NCBI GenBank assembly: GCA_965216875.1
Contig: OZ244207.1
Coordinates: 7,424,001-7,488,000, forward strand
Direction: 5' to 3'
DNA length: 64,000 bases
Source of the DNA: Rubripirellula sp.
GTDB lineage: Bacteria > Planctomycetota > Planctomycetia > Pirellulales > Pirellulaceae
Below are positions 1 through 9,648 of this stretch, one piece after another. The stretch's first letter is position 1, and the number at the start of each line of letters is the position of its first letter. Both the position numbers and the translations under genes were made by a program. The notes beneath the pieces were generated by a model. The model saw only the letters and a list, made by a program, of their open reading frames with translations. It had not been told where the DNA came from and searched no databases.

Positions 1-263
1 CTCTGGCAGCGACACTGATGATGGGTAGCGGTTGGATGATGACGCTAACGACACTCAATGCGACCGCGCAGGTCACGTTGCCCAGTCGATTGCGTGCCCG
101 AGGCATGGGCTGCTACCTAACGGCGATGGCGATCTCGATGGCCATCGGATCACTCGTTTGGGGCGAAGTCGCGGCGTGGACAGGTTTGGTCGAAACTCAA
201 ATGATTGCGGCAACGAGTCTGGTTGTCGCCGCAGCAATCAGTTTCAAGTTCAGCCTAAGTTGA
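1..263 (+). CDS. MFS transporter, C-terminal fragment (5'-truncated by window edge)
   Basis: Open frame from the window start. Hydrophobic helices with 'TLNATAQVTLPSRLRARGMGCY...IGSLVWGEVA' are typical of the MFS_3 C-terminus. Confidence 0.8.
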   Translation, partial: LAATLMMGSGWMMTLTTLNATAQVTLPSRLRARGMGCYLTAMAISMAIGSLVWGEVAAWTGLVETQMIAATSLVVAAAISFKFSLS

Positions 264-328
264 ATTGCCGCCAACATCGTAGGCCAGATCAAGGCGCGAC
301 AGCGACGCAGATCCGGCATCGTCCTAGT

Positions 329-361
329 GAGAAGATTCCGGCTAAAGCCGGTACTACGAAC
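329..361. repeat. GTAG-type REP-like palindrome (family A)
   Basis: GAGAAGATTCCGGCTAAAGCCGGTACTACGAAC, with a near-identical copy at about 13789-13820. It lies between convergent genes. Confidence 0.75.
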
Positions 362-453
362 GGCTCACAGGAGCGCAAAAAAAGATGTTCCCACGGTGGG
401 CCGTGGGAACATCGAAGAAGACTCGATTCGTTTCGCCGTGGTTAGACCACGAA

Positions 454-1971
454 CTAGGTCATCATGTAACCGTCTTCGCCGTGGTCGGCGATGTCCAAAC
501 CGCGTTGTTCGATGTCGGCTGGGACGCGCAGTCCGATGATTGCGTCGATTATTTTCAACAGAATCACGCTACCAACACCGGCAAACGCAAAGGTGACCAA
601 AACGGCAACGATTTGGCCAATCAGAAGCGTTGGGTTGAAACCTGATTCGATCAATCCAATTGGCTCGCCACCGCTCACATCCCAACAGGCTCGCGAGGCA
701 AAGACGCCGGTCAGCACCGCACCGAGTGTGCCGCCAACACCGTGAACGCCAAAAGCGTCCAACGCGTCGTCGTATTTCAAAGCGTGTTTGAGCTTCGAAC
801 AGGCGAGGTAGCAGATGATTCCGGCCAAGGCACCCATGATCAGTGCAGGCATCAGTTGGACGAAGCCAGCCGCTGGAGTGATGCAGACCAAACCGGCGAC
901 AGCACCACTACTTGCACCGAGAATCGAAGGTTTGCCGAGCATGACCCATTCGGTCAAGGCCCATGCGACCGCACCGGCGGCAGCTGCAAAGTGAGTCGTC
1001 GCGAACGCACCGCTGGTCAAACCATCCGAAGCGAGTTCGCTGCCCGCGTTGAAGCCAAACCAACCGACCCAAAGCATGGCCGCACCAAGTGCGGTGTAGG
1101 TCAAGTTGTGTGGTTGGATGGGTTCTTTCATGAAGCCCATACGAGGGCCGATCAAGATCGCAGCAACCAGAGCCGAGACACCACTGCTGATGTGAACCAC
1201 CGTGCCACCGGCAAAGTCGAGTGCACCGCCGGCAATCGCTTTGTCACCAGCAAAGTACGACAGTGGACCTTCGTCCCAAACCCAATGGCAAAGCGGGCAA
1301 TAGATCAAAGTTCCCCATAGGACCGAAAAGACGACCATGGCGCTGAACTTCATACGTTCTGCAAACGCACCGCAAATCAGTGCGGGGGTGATGATGAAGA
1401 ACATGCCTTGGAACAACATATGTGTCATCCGTGTCATGCTCCCTTCCATGGGCGTTACCGGTTCGCCAAGGGCTTCGCTCCATTCACGCTGGACACCATT
1501 CATGAACAGGTAGTCGGCATTGCCAATCCAGCCCCCCGTGCCACCAAAGGCAAGCGAGTAGCCGTAGAGTGCCCAAATGACGGTCATCATTCCCATCAGA
1601 AAGATGCACTGCATCATGACGCTGAGCACGTTCTTGCGGCGAACCAAACCGCCATAGAACATGGCCAAACCGGGCGCGGTCATGAAAAGAACCAACGCAC
1701 AACAGGTCAACATCCAAGCGTTGTGAGCTGCGAGTGTGGAGTCAGCGATCGCACTATCGGTGATAGCGCCTTCGGTGACAGCAGGATCCGCCGCTGGCGC
1801 GGCCTCTTCTTCGCCCTCAGCTTCCGCTTCGGGTGCTGCGGTGTCACCTTCGGTTTCCGCTACGACTGTATCGGTGGCACCCTCCGGGACGTCCTGGGCC
1901 AGTGCAAAATTCCCGGTGGCGGCCACCATCGCAAGCAGAGCGACGAACCACATACGATTGATAAGACTCAC
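454..1971 (-). CDS. amtB: Ammonium transporter (Amt family) with signal peptide and acidic N-terminal linker
   Basis: Motifs LVLFMTAPGLAMFYGGLVRRKN, DFAGGTVVH, LWVGWFGFNAGS and DDALDAFGVHG. Both conserved His residues are present. Confidence 0.96.
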   Translation of the reverse strand: MSLINRMWFVALLAMVAATGNFALAQDVPEGATDTVVAETEGDTAAPEAEAEGEEEAAPAADPAVTEGAITDSAIADSTLAAHNAWMLTCCALVLFMTAPGLAMFYGGLVRRKNVLSVMMQCIFLMGMMTVIWALYGYSLAFGGTGGWIGNADYLFMNGVQREWSEALGEPVTPMEGSMTRMTHMLFQGMFFIITPALICGAFAERMKFSAMVVFSVLWGTLIYCPLCHWVWDEGPLSYFAGDKAIAGGALDFAGGTVVHISSGVSALVAAILIGPRMGFMKEPIQPHNLTYTALGAAMLWVGWFGFNAGSELASDGLTSGAFATTHFAAAAGAVAWALTEWVMLGKPSILGASSGAVAGLVCITPAAGFVQLMPALIMGALAGIICYLACSKLKHALKYDDALDAFGVHGVGGTLGAVLTGVFASRACWDVSGGEPIGLIESGFNPTLLIGQIVAVLVTFAFAGVGSVILLKIIDAIIGLRVPADIEQRGLDIADHGEDGYMMT

Positions 1972-2414
1972 AACACACCTCGTGGGTTAAATAAGCGCAC
2001 ACACACTTGGCATTCAATTTCCGCCTTGCACACCGATGTGGCCGCCTGCCCCGGAGTCTGCGGGGCACCACGAGCGTGCATGTTGAGTGTTTGCTTGGTG
2101 AAACAAACTGAAGTCGACAGAAACGACTTCCCAACTTGGGTAAGAGAATAAGTGGGGCACGCCCGAATTGGTAGGACCACAGCCCCATTGGACCAACGGT
2201 TTTTCCCCGGAAATGGCCCTCAGCCGCCTTTCCGCCCCCACACACCTATCGATTGCGGTGACTTTGCGGGCTCGATCACGACCGAGGCCTCCGTCCCCGT
2301 CCGGGGCGATAATCGTCTGAGGTCAATTGAAAAGACGAGGGGAATGGCGAATCACAGGAATCGAGGCTTGCTCATGCGTCGGATTCGTGCAATTCGTGGT
2401 TCCCCTTCCGATAC

Positions 2415-4217
2415 TCACTCGTGCTCGCTGTCGCTCAGCACGGCCATGAACGCCTTCTGCGAAATCTCGACACTGCCAATCGCCTTCATCCGCTTCTTGC
2501 CTTCCTTTTGCTTTTGCAGCAACTTGCGTTTTCGCGTGATGTCGCCACCGTAGCATTTTGCGGTCACGTTTTTCCGCATCGCCGGAACCGTTTCACGTGC
2601 AATGACTCGGCTGCCGATTGCGGCTTGCACGGCGACTTCGAACATGTGACGTTCGATCTCTTGCTTGAGCTTTTTGGCGACCGCACGTCCCCGCCGGTCG
2701 GCGTCGGCACGGTTGCAGACCACACTCAAGGCATCGACACGCTTGCCGTTGACCAAGATATCCATACGACAAAGATCGGCAGCCTCGTAACCGACCATCT
2801 CATAATCGAGCGTGCCGTAGCCGCGGGTGCAACTCTTGATTCGGTCGTGCAGGTCATACACCACTTCCGCCAGCGGGATGTCGTAGGTCAACATTGCCCG
2901 TTGAGCCCCCAGGTACTCCTGTGACTTTTGCAAACCACGTCGATCCTGGCACAACTTGATCACGGCGCCGATGAAATCGGTCGGCACGATGATGTTGCAC
3001 CGCACGATCGGTTGCCGAAACTCTTCGATGTCACCCGGATCAGGAACATCTTGTGGCTTGTGAATGCTGACCGTTTCGCCACGTTTGTTGACGACTTCGT
3101 ACGTGACGTTGGGCGCAGTTTGCACCAAGTCGATGTCGGCTTCATTTTCTAAGCGTTGCTGTACGATTTCCATGTGCAGCAAGCCGAGGAAGCCGCAACG
3201 AAAACCGAACCCAAGTGCATCGCTGGTTTCAGGTTCAAACTCGAAACTGGGATCATTGACCGCAAGACGTTCGAGCGCGTCGCGCAGTTCGCTGAAATCT
3301 TGACCGTCACTTGGGAACAAGCCGCAGTAAACCATGCGTTTGGGACGAGCATATCCTTCCAGCGGCTCCGCAGCATCGTTGCCAGTGACCGTGACGGTGT
3401 CACCGATGTGCACGTCACCGAGGCTCTTGATGTTGCAAATCAAGTAACCGACTTGGCCGGCACTCAGTTGGTCGCACGGTTCTCGCTGAGGCACGAAGCG
3501 ACCGAGTTCAACCACATCATGTGTGGTGCCGGCGCGAACGAATTGAATCTTCTGTCCTTTGCGAACCGTACCGCGCATAATGCGCACATAAGTGATCGCG
3601 CCGCGGTAGTCGTCGTAGTTGGAATCGAACACCATTGCTTGAAGGGTTTCGTCTTCCTTGCCGGTGGGTGCCGGGATCTGTTCAATGATCGCGGTGGCAA
3701 GGTCCTCAACCCCCTGCCCCGTCTTGGCGCTGACTTTGACGCAGTCGTCGGGATCGGTTCCCAGCGAGTTCATCATCTCTTCGGCAACTTCTTCGGGCCG
3801 CGCGTGCGTCAGGTCGATCTTGTTGATCACTGGGATGATCGTTAGATCGTGTTCCATCGCCGCGTAGGCATTCGCGACCGTTTGCGCTTCGACACCTTGG
3901 AACGCATCGACCAAAAGGAGTGCGCCTTCGCAACATGCGAGCGATCGCGAGACTTCGTATTGGAAGTCGACGTGCCCGGGGGTGTCGATCAAATTCAGCT
4001 GGTACGTTTGGCCGCGGTGTTTGTACTCCATCGCCACGGCACGCGCCTTGATGGTGATTCCGCGTTGCCTTTCCAGCTCCAAGTCGTCCAGCAACTGGTC
4101 CTTCATCTCGCGACTGGTCACCGTTCCGGTGTATTCCAGCAGCCGGTCGGCCAATGTGCTTTTGCCGTGGTCGATGTGGGCGATGATGCAAAAGTTGCGA
4201 ATGTTCTTTTCTGACAT
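2415..4217 (-). CDS. lepA: Translation elongation factor 4 (LepA)
   Basis: NIRNFCIIAHIDHGKSTLADRL, DTPGHVDF and C-terminal KCYGGDITRKRKLL...KEGKKRMK; 600 aa. Confidence 0.98.
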   Translation of the reverse strand: MSEKNIRNFCIIAHIDHGKSTLADRLLEYTGTVTSREMKDQLLDDLELERQRGITIKARAVAMEYKHRGQTYQLNLIDTPGHVDFQYEVSRSLACCEGALLLVDAFQGVEAQTVANAYAAMEHDLTIIPVINKIDLTHARPEEVAEEMMNSLGTDPDDCVKVSAKTGQGVEDLATAIIEQIPAPTGKEDETLQAMVFDSNYDDYRGAITYVRIMRGTVRKGQKIQFVRAGTTHDVVELGRFVPQREPCDQLSAGQVGYLICNIKSLGDVHIGDTVTVTGNDAAEPLEGYARPKRMVYCGLFPSDGQDFSELRDALERLAVNDPSFEFEPETSDALGFGFRCGFLGLLHMEIVQQRLENEADIDLVQTAPNVTYEVVNKRGETVSIHKPQDVPDPGDIEEFRQPIVRCNIIVPTDFIGAVIKLCQDRRGLQKSQEYLGAQRAMLTYDIPLAEVVYDLHDRIKSCTRGYGTLDYEMVGYEAADLCRMDILVNGKRVDALSVVCNRADADRRGRAVAKKLKQEIERHMFEVAVQAAIGSRVIARETVPAMRKNVTAKCYGGDITRKRKLLQKQKEGKKRMKAIGSVEISQKAFMAVLSDSEHE

Positions 4218-4485
4218 GAACGCTCGTTGCTTCGAAAGGTCAGGGTGACGCCCGTTGCCGATGGGGAATCGTTAGCGTCGAGTGAAAACGGGGTCTGATC
4301 CCGATGGCGGCCAGCGGCCACCAAAAAAACGCATTTGTGGGCTCTGGCAATTGCGGGCTTTGGGACTACCGGAGTCTGACTCGTTTTCGTGTTTGGCAGG
4401 TTGGTGTTGGGGGACGGTCTTCGCCGGGGTGTTATCGACAATTTGCGTCACTTCGTTCAATTCCAATCTCGAGGCGACATTGGAA

Positions 4486-5517
4486 TCAATCGTTCGATTC
4501 CTTACGAGCGTAACCCGCTACGCCAAGGTAGCCAGCGTCGCCGCCCAAGGTCGCGAACTTGATCGAGGTGCCTTCAAAGACGTTGGGGAAAGTCCGTTGG
4601 CGAAACTCTTCCGAAATGCGTTTGAGAAACCGTTTGCCGATTTCACACTCTTTTCCGCCAAAGTTCATCGCGCCACCAAGGACGACTGAGCCTGGGTCAA
4701 GCGTGTGAACCAAGGTGGTGATTCCAATGCCCAACCAAAATGCGGTGTCGTCCACGATTTCGAGGGCAAGTTCATCACCCGACAAACCGGCCTCGTAAAC
4801 TTTCTTGGCCGTCAATTCGGTGTCACCACCGCCCAACAGTCCTTGCAGTGAGCTTGTCGCTCCTTCGGTCAACCGCTTTCGCGTCCGCTGAACAACGGCA
4901 CTGGCTGAAGCATACGCTTCCAATTGCCCTCGGCCGCCGCCCCACACGCACATTTCCGCAGTCGGCGAGGAGTCGACCAGGATGTGGCCACACTCGCTGC
5001 CGCAACTGTTGACTCCATTGACCAGCTCTCCGTTGACGATGATACCTCCGCCAACGCCGGTGCCCAGAGTCAAAAGGACCATCGACTTGTCTTCGCGCGC
5101 GCTGCCGAGCCAGTATTCGCCGTAGGCAGCTGCGTTGGCATCATTCAAAAAGGAGACATCGCGTTTGAGCAGCTTTTCGACGGTTTGGCAAATCGGGTAG
5201 TCCCACCAACTGGGCAGTTGCGGAGGTGCGACCAAGTAGCCTCGCGGCAGATCCATTGGGCCGGGAGCGCCCAAGCCAACGCGTTTGATTTTGTCGGCGA
5301 CGTCCAGTTCGGCCTCGAACCGGCCAATCACTTCCGCGACACGCGCCATCGCCGCATCGGGACCTTCGGGCTCTCGGGTCGGCATCTTGTGGTAGGCAAG
5401 GGTCTTGCCAGTGTCGTCGACCAGCCCGATCTTGATGCCCGTGCCACCGATGTCGATTCCCCAGAAAAAGGGAGCGGTCGCTTCGGCAACAGGCGTGATT
5501 TGGGGTGTTTGAGACAT
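4486..5517 (-). CDS. ROK family sugar kinase (glucokinase-like)
   Basis: GIDIGGT, NDANAAAYGE, LTLGTGVGGG and ECGH motifs. ATG at 5517 was chosen over the upstream TTG at 5547. Confidence 0.9.
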   Translation of the reverse strand: MSQTPQITPVAEATAPFFWGIDIGGTGIKIGLVDDTGKTLAYHKMPTREPEGPDAAMARVAEVIGRFEAELDVADKIKRVGLGAPGPMDLPRGYLVAPPQLPSWWDYPICQTVEKLLKRDVSFLNDANAAAYGEYWLGSAREDKSMVLLTLGTGVGGGIIVNGELVNGVNSCGSECGHILVDSSPTAEMCVWGGGRGQLEAYASASAVVQRTRKRLTEGATSSLQGLLGGGDTELTAKKVYEAGLSGDELALEIVDDTAFWLGIGITTLVHTLDPGSVVLGGAMNFGGKECEIGKRFLKRISEEFRQRTFPNVFEGTSIKFATLGGDAGYLGVAGYARKESND

Positions 5518-5962
5518 AATAAGAGTCGCTGGAGTATTCGCCGCCAATTCTTGATACTCCGAGCCTGGCGTTCAGGCTCGAATCACGGATTGGGATCACC
5601 AGTCACGACTGAATCGTCAAACGACTGCTGCTCGTTTCCATCCAGAATAAAGGACGTCAACGAGGCCCCAACCCTTGTCGACAAAGCGGATGCCCGCGAG
5701 CACGGAGGTAAAAACTCTGCTTTGCGACCTCGACCTCAAAGAAGTGCATCTTGAGTGAGCGTGACCGATGCGGAAAATGAGGTGCGGTGTTTAGTCGCGA
5801 GTATAGGAGCCGGCAAATTTTGCCACAACGAACGATTTTTGACCCGGACCCTTGTCACGCATTCGGCCCCATTACACCCCCACGAAACCGGAAATCGACG
5901 ACCTTGTCCGATTGTGAAGACCTCGGGTTTTTAGCCCCCGTCACCGCCCAATGGGGTGATCG

Positions 5963-7255
5963 ATGAAGGTCGTCTTTCTGACTGCTGGAGCCGCCGGGAT
6001 GTACTGCGGCAGCTGTATGCATGACAACGCCCTGGCCCGTGCACTTCGCGGCCTCGATGTCGATTGCGTCCTGCAGCCGGTCTACACCCCAATCCGAGCC
6101 GATGGAGCGAGTGTCGCCAGCGACCAAGTCTTCTTTGGCGGCATCCACATCTATCTGCTGCAAGTGATGCCGTGGCTGCGGATGGTGCCCAAGCCAATGC
6201 GACGATGGCTCGATTGGCCGCCGCTGATTCGCTTCGCAACTCGACGAGCGGCATCGACAGACGCGGCCAAATTGGGCGCTCTCTCGATTTCAATGCTCAA
6301 GGGCGTGGATGGGTTCCAAGCCGACGAAGTCACTCGTCTAGTTGACTGGCTAGCGGACGAAAAGCCCGAGGCGGTAGTGCTCAGCAATCTTCTCATCGGA
6401 GGTGCACTCCCAGAGATTCGCAAGCGTCTTCCCAACACGCGGTTGATCGTCATCCTTCAAGGTGACGATATCTTTCTTGATCACCTGCCCGAAAAGGATC
6501 GCCACGCCTGCATCGAGTTGTGCACGCGATTGATCGAATCCGTCGACGTCGTCGTGACCAACAGTCAGTTCTACGCGGACAAGATGGGGGCGCTCTTCAA
6601 CATTCCACAAGACAAACGAGTTGTCGAACCGCTTTCGATCGACGTCACGCCTTTTGGCGATGATGTGGACGCCGCTAATTCGAAAGACCGTTCCACGTTT
6701 CGTCTTGGCTACCTTGCCCGCATTGCTCCTGAAAAGGGTTTTCACCAGTTGGTCGATGCCTTCATTCAACTCGCCAGCGACCGAACGCACGATGACCTGA
6801 CGCTTCACGCGGCAGGTTGGCTTGGCGAAGCGAACAAGGCTTACCTGCAAAAGCAAAAAGACAAGATCGAAGCGGCCGGTTTGACGGAGCGTTTTTCGTT
6901 CGTCGAAAGCCCCGAACTCGAGCAGAAGGTTTCGTTCCTGAAGACGCTCGACTTGCTAAGTGTGCCGACGGACTACGAAGAACCTAAGGGGCTGTTTGTC
7001 TTGGAAGCACTCGCAGCCGGAGTGCCGGTGGTGCAGCCTGATCACGGCGCGTTCGGCGAACTGGTCAACCAAACCCAAGGTGGAATTGTGGTCGTTCCCA
7101 AAGACGTCGACGCTCTTTGCGAAGCGATCGACCGTCTCAAACGAGATCACGATCATCGCCAAAGGCTCGGCGAATCAGGTCGCAAGAACGTGCTTGAAAA
7201 CCATACGATCGAAGTGGCGGCTGAACGCATGAAACGTCTGTTTCAGACGACTTGA
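5963..7255 (+). CDS. Glycosyltransferase family 4 (GT-B)
   Basis: LARIAPEKG and EEPKGLFVLEALAAGVPVVQPDHGAFGE (EX7E) motifs, with N-terminal AGAAGMYCGSCMHD. Confidence 0.9.
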   Translation: MKVVFLTAGAAGMYCGSCMHDNALARALRGLDVDCVLQPVYTPIRADGASVASDQVFFGGIHIYLLQVMPWLRMVPKPMRRWLDWPPLIRFATRRAASTDAAKLGALSISMLKGVDGFQADEVTRLVDWLADEKPEAVVLSNLLIGGALPEIRKRLPNTRLIVILQGDDIFLDHLPEKDRHACIELCTRLIESVDVVVTNSQFYADKMGALFNIPQDKRVVEPLSIDVTPFGDDVDAANSKDRSTFRLGYLARIAPEKGFHQLVDAFIQLASDRTHDDLTLHAAGWLGEANKAYLQKQKDKIEAAGLTERFSFVESPELEQKVSFLKTLDLLSVPTDYEEPKGLFVLEALAAGVPVVQPDHGAFGELVNQTQGGIVVVPKDVDALCEAIDRLKRDHDHRQRLGESGRKNVLENHTIEVAAERMKRLFQTT

Positions 7256-7268
7256 TTGGCGAAGAGAG

Positions 7269-7393
7269 AACCACGAATGGCACGAATCATACGAATGTGG
7301 TGGTTCGATTGGCCACCACAGGCACAAAGCGTCACGAAAAGTGATTGATCCGTGAGTGCTAGTCGTTCTTGTGCCTTTTCGTGCTTCTTGTGG
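7269..7393. repeat. Intergenic repeats: AACCACGAAT..CACGAAT type plus an imperfect inverted-repeat pair
   Basis: AACCACGAATGGCACGAAT at 7269 matches the reverse complement of ATTCGTGCAATTCGTGGTT at about 2383-2401. GGCCACCACAGGCACAAAG...GTGCTTCTTGTGGCC forms an imperfect inverted repeat. Confidence 0.55.
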
Positions 7394-7500
7394 CCACTCT
7401 CACCTTCCCGAACTCATCCAGGCATCCGTCACGCTAATAAACTCGGCTCGGGATCGTTGTATAAAGGAGACTTCCTTCCTACGCGTATCGGGCCCGTGCG

Positions 7501-9060
7501 ATGCTGACCTTCTTAGCCCTACTGACGACCTTTGTACTGCAGGACGACAGTGTTCCCGATATCAGTGGTGTTTGGACGGGTGAGGCCCCGTGGGGCCAGG
7601 TCACGTTGACCAAATCGGGGAACAAGCAGCTTGCTGGCGAGTTTGGCGAAGGCGGCTCGATTGAGCTTCGCTGGAATGACCAGCAATCTCGGTACACAGG
7701 CAATTGGACGATTGGTTCCAGGGGTGGTGACCTCTCGGTGCGAGTGATCGACAACGAGTTGCGGGGCGCCTACACCGACACGTCTGGCAGTGATTCGAAC
7801 TTGCCAACGCTTTCGGATTTCCTGTGGCGTGTTTCAAAGCCAGATCCGACAAGACTCTCGATGCAGATCGACGATCTTCCTCAGAGGGTGATCCACTTCG
7901 ATTCCTCAGCTCGCCATCGACTCGCCGTTTCACCTGATGGCAAGCTTGTGGCGATGTCGAATTCGCAGCCGACGCTGATAATGCAAGCCGGCGGTGTTAG
8001 CCGAGTGAAAGACAACTGGAAGCCCATCGCAGAATTGCGTGACGCAAAAAGTGGGGACTTGGTCGCGTCCCTCGAACTATCGACCGCCGAGGAACGCGCC
8101 GCGATCGCAACCACTCCTCGCGTCTCACATTTTCGCGTGACGGCCTTGGCCTTTTCCCCATCGGGGCGGCACGTTGCTGTCGGAACAAGCATTGGGCAGA
8201 TCAAAGTCTACAACACGAAAACGGGTGAATTGCTCCTCGCTTTAGATGATGAACTTGAGCGTTTGAAGGATGCGCAAACACCCGAACAGTGGCAGGTGAT
8301 TCGGCGTGCACTCGGATCCGTAAACAGTATCGCTTTCTCGCCCGACGGAACGAAAATCGCCGCATGTGGAACTTCCTTCGCTGACTTCTCTGAAGTCTTT
8401 CAAGCATTTGATCGCATGGGTATTTCAGCAACGGGACCTGGGCGATTGAAAGTTTGGGAAGCCGCAAATGGAGAGTTGATGCATGACTTGCCGGGACATT
8501 CTGCACATGTTCATTCAGTCGCATTCACCAAAGATGGGTTGCTTGCAAGTGGAGGAAGTTGGTTCGACCGACGTCGCAGCGGGACGGGGATGTTGCTTTG
8601 GGATGCCACAACCGGAAAGATGCAGCGAAGGTTCGACACGCGAGCCAATGGCGGTACTCATGCGTTGGCCGTTTCGCCTGACGGAAAACTTGCGGTGATT
8701 GGATCGGTTTCGTTTGACAAAAACAAAGACCGTGATGCAGCGAGCACGATGCTTCACATCGTTCGCACAGGTTCGGGGTTGCTCGAGTGGAACCGGAAAC
8801 TGCCGGGTTTTTTGCGAAACGTTCAGTTCACGCCTGATGGAAAGAATGTTCTTGTCCTCTCAAGTAAGAAAGGTCTCGAGAGTTATCGGATCGATAGCGG
8901 TGTGATGAACCGCGAGATCTCGAGTGAATCGACACCTTTTGGTGGATCGTGGATCTCGTTCGACGTTTTCGGCGATAGCAAGAATGCAACCGTCGCGATC
9001 AGTGCGAGTAGCGACGATCAAAAAGGTCGGGTCGAGTTCTGGCCGCTTACTTCAAAGTGA
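7501..9060 (+). CDS. Exported WD40-repeat (beta-propeller) protein
   Basis: Hydrophobic N-terminus. Repeated LAVSPDGK / LAFSPSGR / IAFSPDGT / LKVWE / LLWD / GHSAHVHSVAF motifs. Confidence 0.85.
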   Translation: MLTFLALLTTFVLQDDSVPDISGVWTGEAPWGQVTLTKSGNKQLAGEFGEGGSIELRWNDQQSRYTGNWTIGSRGGDLSVRVIDNELRGAYTDTSGSDSNLPTLSDFLWRVSKPDPTRLSMQIDDLPQRVIHFDSSARHRLAVSPDGKLVAMSNSQPTLIMQAGGVSRVKDNWKPIAELRDAKSGDLVASLELSTAEERAAIATTPRVSHFRVTALAFSPSGRHVAVGTSIGQIKVYNTKTGELLLALDDELERLKDAQTPEQWQVIRRALGSVNSIAFSPDGTKIAACGTSFADFSEVFQAFDRMGISATGPGRLKVWEAANGELMHDLPGHSAHVHSVAFTKDGLLASGGSWFDRRRSGTGMLLWDATTGKMQRRFDTRANGGTHALAVSPDGKLAVIGSVSFDKNKDRDAASTMLHIVRTGSGLLEWNRKLPGFLRNVQFTPDGKNVLVLSSKKGLESYRIDSGVMNREISSESTPFGGSWISFDVFGDSKNATVAISASSDDQKGRVEFWPLTSK

Positions 9061-9157
9061 GCTGATAATCGGCTCAGAAGGTTGCGCGCCCGCGAAAGCC
9101 TCGTTGTGTGCCTAGGCAAATGGAAAAGCCTTAGGCGGCAAAAAGGAGGCGTCCGAA

Positions 9158-9262
9158 ATGCTCACCATCCTTATCATTTTGCTCTCAATCGTTGTGGCCA
9201 TCCTACTCGGCTGCTTCGCACTCAAGGCCCTCCTGATGTGGGACCAACGAGACGAATTGTAG
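9158..9262 (+). CDS. Putative 34-aa single-TM small protein (absent from ORF track)
   Basis: AAGGAGG 8 nt upstream of the ATG. Translation is MLTILIILLSIVVAILLGCFALKALLMWDQRDEL*. Confidence 0.55.
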   Translation: MLTILIILLSIVVAILLGCFALKALLMWDQRDEL

Positions 9263-9268
9263 GTCAAT

Positions 9269-9632
9269 GTAGGGTGTGCTTGCACGCACCACACAGCCAG
9301 TTTTCGTGAGCCGAACGCGCTAGCGTCGGGCCTTTCACCCTCGTAGCTACGCTCGCCAGAGCGTGGGGTGATGGGAAGCTGCCCAACATGTGGACCACCT
9401 TCTGGCGAAGGTAGCTACGGCCTGAATAGGGACGCGGAGCGTCCGAGAGTACGTTACCACGCGGAGCGTGGTAACGAGGTTGTTTGCTTTGTGAGCCGAA
9501 CGTGCTAGCGTCGGGCCTCGCACCTTCGTTGCTACGCTCGCCAGGGCGTGGGGTGACGGCGAGCTGCCCAACATTGTGGACCATCTTCTGGCGAAGGTAG
9601 CTACGGCCTGAATAGGGACGCGGAGCGTCCGA
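9269..9632. repeat. Composite REP/BIME-like cluster with a tandem duplication of about 185-bp period
   Basis: GTAGGGTGTGCTTGCACGCACC at 9269. Two copies (9306, 9491) of GTGAGCCGAACG(C/T)GCTAGCGTCGGGCCT...GCTACGCTCGCCAG(A/G)GCGTGG...CCA(C/T)CTTCTGGCGAAGGTAGCTAC...GGGACGCGGAGCGTCCGA. Palindrome CGTTACCACGCGGAGCGTGGTAACG at about 9452. Confidence 0.85.
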
Positions 9633-9648
9633 AGCGTGCGCGATACCT

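Noticed and set aside
9306..9632. Possible CRISPR or IS element
   Set aside because: There are only two copies with near-identical intervening sequence and no transposase. The ORFs over it (9264-9686, 9347-9952) are translations of the repeats.
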